Positions 51,528 to 62,587 of a stretch of 64,000 nt of DNA are shown piece by piece. This stretch comes from the human T2T-CHM13v2.0 reference genome, Homo sapiens. Within the stretch, counting starts at the first letter, position 1; every line of letters begins with the position of its first letter. The notes below the pieces were generated by a model. That model worked only from the letters and a program-made list of their open reading frames with translations. It did not search any database and was not told the origin of the DNA. Where the stretch lies: the NCBI RefSeq assembly GCF_009914755.1, contig NC_060929.1. One strand, 5' to 3'. The position numbers and the translations under genes are program-made.

Positions 51528-54500
51528 TATAAAAACTAGACAGAATGATTCTCAGAAACTCCTTTGTGATGTGTGCGTTCAACTCACAGAGTTTAACCTT
51601 TCTTTTCATAGAGCAGTTAGGAAACACTCTGTTTGTAAAGTCTGCAAGTGGATATTCAGCCCTCTTTGAGGCCTTCGTTGGAAACGGTTTTTTTTCATAT
51701 AAGGCTAGACAGAAGAATTCCCAGTAACTTCCTTGTGTTGTGTGTGTTCAACTCACAGAGTTGAACTTTGATTTACACAGAGCAGATTTGAAACACTCTT
51801 TTTGTGGAATTTGCAAGTGGAGATTTCAAGCGCTTTGAGGCCAAAGGCAGAAAAGGAAATATCTTCGTATAAAAACTAGACAGAATCATTCTCAGAAACT
51901 GCTCTGCGATGTGTGCGTTCAACTCTCAGAGTTTAACTTTTCTTTTCATTCAGCAGTTTGGAAACACTCTGTTTGTAAAGTCTGCACGTGGATATTTTGA
52001 CCACTTAGAGGCCTTCGTTGGAAACGGGTTTTTTTCCTGTAAGGCTAGACAGAAGAATTCCCAGTAACTTCCTTGTGTTGTGTACATTCAACTCACAGAG
52101 TTGAACGTTCCCTTAGACAGAGCAGATTTGAAACACTCTTTTTGTGCAATTGGCAAGTGGAGATTTCAAGCGCTTTAAGGTCAATGGCAGAAAAGGAAAT
52201 ATCTTCGTTTCAAAACTAGAGAGAATCATTCCCAAAAACTGCGTTGTGATGTGTTCGTTCATCTCACAGAGTTTAACCTTTCTTTTCATAGAGCAGTTAG
52301 GAAACAGTCTGTTTGTAAATTCTGTAAGTGGATATTCTGACATCTTGTGGCCTTCGTTGGAAACGGGATTTCTTCATATTCTGCTAGACAGAAGAATTCT
52401 CAGAATCTTCCTTGTGTTGTGTGTATTCAACTCACAGAGTTGAACGATGGTTTACACAGAGCAGATTTGAAACACTCTTTTTGTGGAATTTGCAAGTGGA
52501 GATTTCAGCCGCTTTGAGGTCAATGGTAGAAAAGGAAATATCTTCGTATAAAAACTAGACAGAATGATTCTCAGAAACTTCTTTGTGATGTGTGCGTTCA
52601 ACTCACAGAGTTTAACCTTTCTTTTCATAGAGCAGTTAGGAAACACTCTGTTTGTAAACTCTGCAAGTGGATATTCAGACCTCTTTGAGGCCTTCGTTGG
52701 AAACGGGATTTCTTCATACTGTGCTAGACAGAAGAATTCTCAGTAACTTCCTTGTGTTGTGTGTATTCAACTCACAGAGTTGACCGATCCTTTACACAGA
52801 GCAGACTTGAAACACTCTTTTTGTGGAATTTGCAAGTGGAGATTTCAGCCGCTTTGAAGTCAAAGGTAGAAAAGGGAATATCTTCCTATAAAAACTAGAC
52901 AGAATGATTCTCAGAAACTCCTTTGTGATGTGTGCGTTCAACTCACAGAGTTTAACCTTTCTTTTCATAGAGCAGTTAGGAAACACTCTGTTTCTAAAGT
53001 CTGCAAGTGGATATTCAGACCTCTTTGAGGCCTTCTTTGGAAACGGGTTTTTTTCATATAAGGCTAGAGAGAAGAATTCCCAGTAACTTCCTTGTGTTGT
53101 GTGTGTTCAACTCACAGAGTTGAACTTTCATTTACACAGAGCAGATTTGAAACACTCTTTTTGTGGAATTTGCAAGTGGAGATTTCAAGCGCTGTGAGGC
53201 CAAAGGCAGAAAAGGAAATATCTTCGTATAAAAACTAGACAGAATCATTCTCAGAAACTGCTCTGCGATGTGTGCGTTCAACTCTCAGAGTTTAACTTTT
53301 CTTTTCATTCAGCAGTTTGGAAACACTCTGTTTGTAAAGTCTGCACGTGGATAACTTGACCACTTAGAGGCCTTCGTTGGAAACGGGTTTTTTTCATGTA
53401 AGGCTAGACAGAAGAATTCTCAGTAACTTCCTTGTGTTGTGTGTATTCAACTCACAGAGTTGAACGATCCTTTACACAGAGCAGACTTGTAACACTCTTT
53501 TTGTGGAATTTGCAAGTGGAGATTTCAGCCGCTTTGAAGTCAAAGGTAGAAAAGGAAATATCTTCCTATAAAAACTAGACAGAATGATTCTCAGAAACTC
53601 CTTTGTGATGTGTGCGTTCAACTCACAGAGTTTAACCTTTCTTTTCATAGAGCAGTTAGGAAACACTCTGTTTGTAAAGTCTGCAAGTGGATATTCAGCC
53701 CTCTTTGAGGCCTTCGTTGGAAACGGTTTTTTTTCATATAAGGCTAGACAGAAGAATTCCCAGTAACTTCCTTGTGTTGTGTGTGTTCAACTCACAGAGT
53801 TGAACTTTGATTTACACAGAGCAGATTTGAAACACTCTTTTTGTGGAATTTGCAAGTGGAGATTTCAAGCGCTTTGAGGCCAAAGGCAGAAAAGGAAATA
53901 TCTTCGTATAAAAACTAGACAGAATCATTCTCAGAAACTGCTCTGCGATGTGTGCGTTCAACTCTCAGAGTTTAACTTTTCTTTTCATTCAGCAGTTTGG
54001 AAACACTCTGTTTGTAAAGTCTGCACGTGGATATTTTGACCACTTAGAGGCCTTCGTTGGAAACGGGTTTTTTTCCTGTAAGGCTAGACAGAAGAATTCC
54101 CAGTAACTTCCTTGTGTTGTGTACATTCAACTCACAGAGTTGAACGTTCCCTTAGACAGAGCAGATTTGAAACACTCTTTTTGTGCAATTGGCAAGTGGA
54201 GATTTCAAGCGCTTTAAGGTCAATGGCAGAAAAGGAAATATCTTCGTTTCAAAACTAGAGAGAATCATTCCCAAAAACTGCGTTGTGATGTGTTCGTTCA
54301 TCTCACAGAGTTTAACCTTTCTTTTCATAGAGCAGTTAGGAAACAGTCTGTTTGTAAATTCTGTAAGTGGATATTCTGACATCTTGTGGCCTTCGTTGGA
54401 AACGGGATTTCTTCATATTCTGCTAGACAGAAGAATTCTCAGAATCTTCCTTGTGTTGTGTGTATTCAACTCACAGAGTTGAACGATGGTTTACACAGAG

Positions 54501-55622
54501 CAGATTTGAAACACTCTTTTTGTGGAATTTGCAAGTGGAGATTTCAGCCGCTTTGAGGTCAATGGTAGAAAAGGAAATATCTTCGTATAAAAACTAGACA
54601 GAATGATTCTCAGAAACTTCTTTGTGATGTGTGCGTTCAACTCACAGAGTTTAACCTTTCTTTTCATAGAGCAGTTAGGAAACACTCTGTTTGTAAACTC
54701 TGCAAGTGGATATTCAGACCTCTTTGAGGCCTTCGTTGGAAACGGGATTTCTTCATACTGTGCTAGACAGAAGAATTCTCAGTAACTTCCTTGTGTTGTG
54801 TGTATTCAACTCACAGAGTTGACCGATCCTTTACACAGAGCAGACTTGAAACACTCTTTTTGTGGAATTTGCAAGTGGAGATTTCAGCCGCTTTGAAGTC
54901 AAAGGTAGAAAAGGGAATATCTTCCTATAAAAACTAGACAGAATGATTCTCAGAAACTCCTTTGTGATGTGTGCGTTCAACTCACAGAGTTTAACCTTTC
55001 TTTTCATAGAGCAGTTAGGAAACACTCTGTTTCTAAAGTCTGCAAGTGGATATTCAGACCTCTTTGAGGCCTTCTTTGGAAACGGGTTTTTTTCATATAA
55101 GGCTAGAGAGAAGAATTCCCAGTAACTTCCTTGTGTTGTGTGTGTTCAACTCACAGAGTTGAACTTTCATTTACACAGAGCAGATTTGAAACACTCTTTT
55201 TGTGGAATTTGCAAGTGGAGATTTCAAGCGCTGTGAGGCCAAAGGCAGAAAAGGAAATATCTTCGTATAAAAACTAGACAGAATCATTCTCAGAAACTGC
55301 TCTGCGATGTGTGCGTTCAACTCTCAGAGTTTAACTTTTCTTTTCATTCAGCAGTTTGGAAACACTCTGTTTGTAAAGTCTGCACGTGGATAACTTGACC
55401 ACTTAGAGGCCTTCGTTGGAAACGGGTTTTTTTCATGTAAGGCTAGACAGAAGAATTCTCAGTAACTTCCTTGTGTTGTGTGTATTCAACTCACAGAGTT
55501 GAACGATCCTTTACACAGAGCAGACTTGTAACACTCTTTTTGTGGAATTTGCAAGTGGAGATTTCAGCCGCTTTGAAGTCAAAGGTAGAAAAGGAAATAT
55601 CTTCCTATAAAAACTAGACAGA
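51528..55622 (+). repeat. Tandem duplication, period 2039 bp (12 monomers)
   Basis: ORFs at 51545/53584, 52144/54183 and 52904/54943 are offset by 2039. Both copies share AAACGGTTTT and CCTTCTTTGG box variants and GGATAACTTG. Confidence 0.9.
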
Positions 55623-58600
55623 TAGATTCTCAGAAACTCCTTTGTGATGTGTGCGTTCAACTCACAGAGTTTAACCTTTCTTTTCATAGAGCAGTTAGGA
55701 AACACTCTGTTTGTAAAGTCTGCAAGTGGATATTCAGACCTCTTTGAGGCCTTCGTTGGAAACGGGTTTTTTTCATATAAGGCTAGACAGAAGAATTCCC
55801 AGTAACTTCCTTGTGTTGTGTGTGTTCAACTCACAGAGTTGAACTTTCATTTACACAGAGCAGATTTGAAACACTCTTTTTGTGGAATTTGCAAGTGGAG
55901 ATTTCAAGCGCTTTGAGGCCAAAGGCAGAAAAGGAAATATCTTCGTATAAAAACTAGACAGAATCATTCTCAGAAGCTGCTCTGCGATGTGTGCGTTCAA
56001 CTCTCAGAGTTTAACTTTTCTTTTCATTCAGCAGTTTGGAAACACTCTGTTTGTAAAGTCTGCACGTGGATATTTTGACCACTTAGAGGCCTTCGTTGGA
56101 AACGGGTTTTTTTCCTGTAAGGCTAGACAGAAGAATTCCCAGTAACTTCCTTGTGTTGTGTACATTCAACTCACAGAGTTGAACGTTCCCTTAGACAGAG
56201 CAGATTTGAAACACTCTTTTTGTGCAATTGGCAAGTGGAGATTTCAAGCGCTTTGAGGTCAATGGCAGAAAAGGAAATATCTTCGTTTCAAAACTAGACA
56301 GAATCATTCCCACAAACTGCGTTGTGATGTGTTCGTTCAACTCACAGAGTTTAACCTTTCTTTTCATAGAGCAGTTAGGAAACAGTCTGTTTGAAAATTC
56401 TGTAAGTGGATATTCTGACATCTTGTGGCCTTCGTTGGAAACGGGATTTCTTCATATTCTGCTAGACAGAAGAATTCTCAGAATCTTCCTTGTGTTGTGT
56501 GTATTCAACTCACAGAGTTGAACGATGGTTTACACAGAGCAGATTTGAAACACTCATTTGGTGGAATTTGCAAGTGGAGATTTCAGCCGCTTTGAGGTCA
56601 ATGGTAGAAAAGGAAATATCTTCGTATAACAACTAGACAGAATGATTCTCAGAAACTTCTTTGTGATGTGTGTGTTCAACTCACAGAGTTTAACCTTTCT
56701 TTTCATAGAGCAGTTAGGAAACACTGTGTTTTTAAACTCTGCAAGTGGATATTCAGACCTCTTTGAGGCCTTCGTTGGAAACGGGTTTCTTCATACTGTG
56801 CTAGACAGAAGAATTCTCAGTAACTTCCTTGTGTTGTGTGTATTCAACTCACAGAGTTGAACGATCCTTTACACAGAGCAGACTTGAAACACTGTTTTTG
56901 TGGAATTTGCAAGTGGAGATTTCAGCCGCGTTGAGGTCAATGGTAGAAAAGGAAATATCTTCGTATAAAAACTAGACAGAATGATTCTCAGAAACTCCTT
57001 TGTGATGTGTGTGTTCAACTCACAGAGTTTAACATTTCTTTTCATAGAGCAGTTAGGAAACACTCTGTTTGTAAAGTCTGCAAGTGGATATTCAGACCTC
57101 TTTGAGGCCTTCGTTGGAAACGGGTTTTTTTCATATAAGGCTAGACAGAAGAATTCCCAATAACTTCCTTGTGTTGTGTGTGTTCAACTCACAGAGTTGA
57201 ACTTTCATTTACACAGAGCAGATTTGAAACACTCTTTTTGTGGAATTTGCAAATGGAGATTTCAAGCGCTTTGAGGCCAAAGGCAGAAAAGGAAATATCT
57301 TCGTATAAAAACTAGACAGAATCATTCTCAGAAACTGCTCTGCGATGTGTGCGTTCAACTCTCAGAGTTTAACTTTTCTTTTCATTCAGCAGTTTGGAAA
57401 CACTCTGTTTGTAAAGTCTGCACGTGGATAATTTGACCACTTAGAGGCCTTCGTTCGAAACGGGTTTTTTTCATGTAAGGCTAGACAGAAGAATTCTCAG
57501 TAACTTCCTTGTGTTGTGTGTATCCAACTCACAGAGTTGAACGATCCTTTACACAGAGCAGACTTGTAACACTCTTTTTGTGGAATTTGCAAGTGGAGAT
57601 TTCAGCCGCTTTGAAGTCAAAGGTAGAAAAGGAAATATCTTCCTATAAAAACTAGACAGAATGATTCTCAGAAACTCCTTTGTGATGTGTACGTTCAACT
57701 CACAGAGTTTAACCTTTCTTTTCATAGAGCAGTTAGGAAACACTCTGTTTGTAAAGTCTGCAAGTGGATATTCAGACCTCTTTGAGGCCTTCGTTGGAAA
57801 CGGGTTTTTTTCATATAAGGCTAGACAGAAGGATTCCCAGTAACTTCCTTGTGTTGTGTGTGTTCAACTCACAGAGTTGAACTTTCATTTACAAAGAGCA
57901 GATTTGAAACACTCTTTTTGTGGAATTTGCAATTGGAGATTTCAAGCGCTTTGAGGCCAAAGGCAGAAAAGGAAATATCTTCGTATAAAAACTAGACAAA
58001 ATCATTCTCAGAAACTGCTCTGCGATGTGTGCGTTCAACTCTCAGAGTTTAACTTTTCTTTTCATTCAGCAGTTTGGAAACACTCTGTTTGTAAAGTCTG
58101 CACGTGGATAATTTGACCACTTAGAGGCCTTCGTTGGAAACGGGTTTTTTTCATGTAAGGCTAGACAGAAGAATTCTCAGTAACTTCCTTGTGTTGTGTG
58201 TATTCAACTCACACAGTTGAACGATCCTTTACACAGAGCAGACTTGTAACACTCTTTTTGTGGAATTTGCAAGTGGAGATTTCAGCCGCTTTGAAGTCAA
58301 AGGTAGAAAAGGAAATATCTTCCTATAAAAACTAGACAGAATGATTCTCAGAAACTCCTTTGTGATGTGTGCGTTCAACTCACAGAGTTTAACCTTTCTT
58401 TTCATAGAGCAGTTAGGAAACACTCTGCTTGTAAAGTCTGCAAGTGGATATTCAGCCCTCTTTGAGGCCTTCGTTGGAAACGGGTTTTTTTCATATAAGG
58501 CTAGACAGAAGAATTCCCAGTAACTTCCTTGTGTTGTGTGTGTTCAACTCACAGAGTTGAACTTTGATTTACACAGAGCAGATTTGAAACACTCTTTTTG

Positions 58601-61600
58601 TGGAATTTGCAAGTGGAGATTTCAAGCGCTTTGAGGCCAAAGGCAGAAAAGGAAATATCTTCGTATAAAAACTAGACAGAATCATTCTCAGAAACTGCTC
58701 TGCGATGTGTGCGTTCAACTCTCAGAGTTTAACTTTTCTTTTCATTCAGCAGTTTGGAAACACTCTGTTTGTAAAGTCTGCACGTGGATATTTTGACCAC
58801 TTAGAGGCCTTCGTTGGAAACGGGTTTTTTTCCTGTAAGGCTAGACAGAAGAATTCCCAGTAACTTCCTTGTGTTGTGTACATTCCACTCACAGAGTTGA
58901 ACGTTCCCTTAGACAGAGCAGATTTGAAACACTCTTTTTGTGCAATTGGCAAGTGGAGATTTCAAGCGCTTTAAGGTCAATGGCAGAAAAGGAAATATCT
59001 TCGTTTCAAAACTAGACAGAATCATTCCCAAAAACTGCGTTGTGATGTGTTCCTTCATCTCACAGAGTTTAACCTTTCTTTTCATAGAGCAGTTAGGAAA
59101 CAGTCTGTTTGTAAATTCTGTAAGTGGATATTCTGACATCTTGTGGCCTTCGTTGGAAACGGGATTTCTTCATATTCTGCTAGACAGAAGAATTCTCAGA
59201 ATCTTCCTTGTGTTGTGTGTATTCAACTCACAGAGTTGAACGATGGTTTACACAGAGCAGATTTGAAACAGTCTTTTTGTGGAATTTGCAAGTGGAGATT
59301 TCAGCCGCTTTGAGGTCAATGGTAGAAAAGGAAATATCTTCGTATAAAAACTAGACAGAATGATTCTCAGAAACTTCTTTGTGATGTGTGCGTTCAACTC
59401 ACAGAGTTTAACCTTTCTTTTCATAGAGTAGTTAGGAAACACTCTGTTTGTAAACTCTGCAAGTGGATATTCAGACCTCTTTGAGGCCTTCGTTGGAAAC
59501 GGGATTTCTTCATACTGTGCTAGACAGAAGAATTCTCAGTAACTTCCTTGTGTTGTGTGTATTCAACTCACAGAGTTGACCGATCCTTTACACAGAGCAG
59601 ACTTGTAACACTCTTTTTGTGGAATTTGCAAGTGGAGATTTCAGCCGCTTTGAAGTCAAAGGTAGAAAAGGGAATATCTTCCTATAAAAACTAGACAGAA
59701 TGATTCTCAGAAACTCCTTTGTGATGTGTGCGTTCAACTCACAGAGTTTAACCTTTCTTTTCATAGAGCAGTTAGGAAACACTCTGTTTCTAAAGTCTGC
59801 AAGTGGATATTCAGACCTCTTTGAGGCCTTCTTTGGAAACGGGTTTTTTTCATATAAGGCTAGAGAGAAGAATTCCCAGTAACTTCCTTGTGTTGTGTGT
59901 GTTCAACTCACAGAGTTGAACTTTCATTTACACAGAGCAGATTTGAAACACTCTTTTTGTGGAATTTGCAAGTGGAGATTTCAAGCGCTGTGAGGCCAAA
60001 GGCAGAAAAGGAAATATCTTCGTATAAAAACTAGACAGAATCATTCTCAGAAACTGCTCTGCGATGTGTGCGTTCAACTCTCAGAGTTTAACTTTTCTTT
60101 TCATTCAGCAGTTTGGAAACACTCTGTTTGTAAAGTCTGCACGTGGATAACTTGACCACTTAGAGGCCTTCGTTGGAAAAGGGTTTTTTTCATGTAAGGC
60201 TAGACAGAAGAATTCTCAGTAACTTCCTTGTGTTGTGTGTATTCAACTCACAGAGTTGAACGATCCTTTACACAGAGCAGACTTGTAACACTCTTTTTGT
60301 GGAATTTGCAAGTGGAGATTTCAGCCGCTTTGAAGTCAAAGGTAGAAAAGGAAATATCTTCCTATAAAAACTAGACAGATAGATTCTCAGAAACTCCTTT
60401 GTGATGTGTGCGTTCAACTCACAGAGTTTAACCTTTCTTTTCATAGAGCAGTTAGGAAACACTCTGTTTGTAAAGTCTGCAAGTGGATATTCAGCCCTCT
60501 TTGAGGCCTTCGTTGGAAACGGGTTTTTTTCATATAAGGCTAGACAGAAGAATTCCCAGTAACTTCCTTGTGTTGTGTGTGTTCAACTCACAGAGTTGAA
60601 CTTTCATTTACACAGAGCAGATTTGAAACACTCTTTTTGTGGAATTTGCAAGTGGAGATTTCAAGCGCTTTGAGGCCAAAGGCAGAAAAGGAAATATCTT
60701 CGTATAAAAACTAGACAGAATCATTCTCAGAAGCTGCTCTGCGATGTGTGCGTTCAACTCTCAGAGTTTAACTTTTCTTTTCATTCAGCAGTTTGGAAAC
60801 ACTCTGTTTGTAAAGTCTGCACGTGGATATTTTGACCACTTAGAGGCCTTCGTTGGAAACGGGTTTTTTTCCTGTAAGGCTAGACAGAAGAATTCCCAGT
60901 AACTTCCTTGTGTTGTGTACATTCAACTCACAGAGTTGAACGTTCCCTTAGACAGAGCAGATTTGAAACACTCTTTTTGTGCAATTGGCAAGTGGAGATT
61001 TCAAGCGCTTTGAGGTCAATGGCAGAAAAGGAAATATCTTCGTTTCAAAACTAGACAGAATCATTCCCACAAACTGCCTTGTGATGTGTTCGTTCAACTC
61101 ACAGAGTTTAACCTTTCTTTTCATAGAGCAGTTAGGAAACAGTCTGTTTGAAAATTCTGTAAGTGGATATTCTGACATCTTGTGGCCTTCGTTGGAAACG
61201 GGATTTCTTCATATTCTGCTAGACAGAAGAATTCTCAGAATCTTCCTTGTGTTGTGTGTATTCAACTCACAGAGTTGAACGATGGTTTACACAGAGCAGA
61301 TTTGAAACACTCATTTGGTGGAATTTGCAAGTGGAGATTTCAGCCGCTTTGAGGTCAATGGTAGAAAAGGAAATATCTTCGTATAACAACTAGACAGAAT
61401 GATTCTCAGAAACTTCTTTGTGATGTGTGTGTTCAACTCACAGAGTTTAACCTTTCTTTTCATAGAGCAGTTAGGAAACACTGTGTTTTTAAACTCTGCA
61501 AGTGGATATTCAGACCTCTTTGAGGCCTTCGTTGGAAACGGGTTTCTTCATACTGTGCTAGACAGAAGAATTCTCAGTAACTTCCTTGTGTTGTGTGTAT

Positions 61601-62587
61601 TCAACTCACAGAGTTGAACGATCCTTTACACAGAGCAGACTTGAAACACTCTTTTTGTGGAATTTGCAAGTGGAGATTTCAGCCGCGTTGAGGTCAATGG
61701 TAGAAAAGGAAATATCTTCGTATAAAAACTAGACAGAATGATTCTCAGAAACTCCTTTGTGATGTGTGTGTTCAACTCACAGAGTTTAACATTTCTTTTC
61801 ATAGAGCAGTTAGGAAACACTCTGTTTGTAAAGTCTGCAAGTGGATATTCAGACCTCTTTGAGGCCTTCGTTGGAAACGGGTTTTTTTCATATAAGGCTA
61901 GACAGAAGAATTCCCAGTAACTTCCTTGTGTTGTGTGTGTTCAACTCACAGAGTTGAACTTTCATTTACACAGAGCAGATTTGAAACACTCTTTTTGTGG
62001 AATTTGCAAATGGAGATTTCAAGCGCTTTGAGGCCAAAGGCAGAAAAGGAAATATCTTCGTATAAAAACTAGACAGAATCATTCTCAGAAACTGCTCTGT
62101 GATGTGTGCGTTCAACTCTCAGAGTTTAACTTTTCTTTTCATTCAGCAGTTTGGAAACACTCTGTTTGTAAAGTCTGCACGTGGATAATTTGACCACTTA
62201 GAGGCCTTCGTTGGAAACGGGTTTTTTTCATGTAAGGCTAGACAGAAGAATTCTCAGTAACTTCCTTGTGTTGTGTGTATCCAACTCACAGAGTTGAACG
62301 ATCCTTTACACAGAGCAGACTTGTAACACTCTTTTTGTGGAATTTGCAAGTGGAGATTTCAGCCGCTTTGAAGTCAAAGGTAGAAAAGGAAATATCTTCC
62401 TATAAAAACTAGACAGAATGATTCTCAGAAACTCCTTTGTGATGTGTACGTTCAACTCACAGAGTTTAACCTTTCTTTTCATAGAGCAGTTAGGAAACAC
62501 TCTGTTTGTAAAGTCTGCAAGTGGATATTCAGACCTCTTTGAGGCCTTCGTTGGAAACGGGTTTTTTTCATATAAGGCTAGACAGAA
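54094..62587 (+). repeat. Older, more diverged tandem duplication, period 4757 bp (28 monomers)
   Basis: ORFs at 54943/59700, 55511/60268, 56642/61399 and 57661/62418 are offset by 4757. Shared variants are GATAGATTCT, CAGAAGCTGC, TATCCAACTC and CCTTCTTTGG, with several private differences. Confidence 0.82.

Noticed and set aside
28570-57465. CENP-B box variants at 28570 (GTTCG), 34005 and 45556 (TTCGCTGG) and 57449 (TTCGTTCG)
   Set aside because: The changes fall outside the nine core positions, so they were not counted as disrupted.
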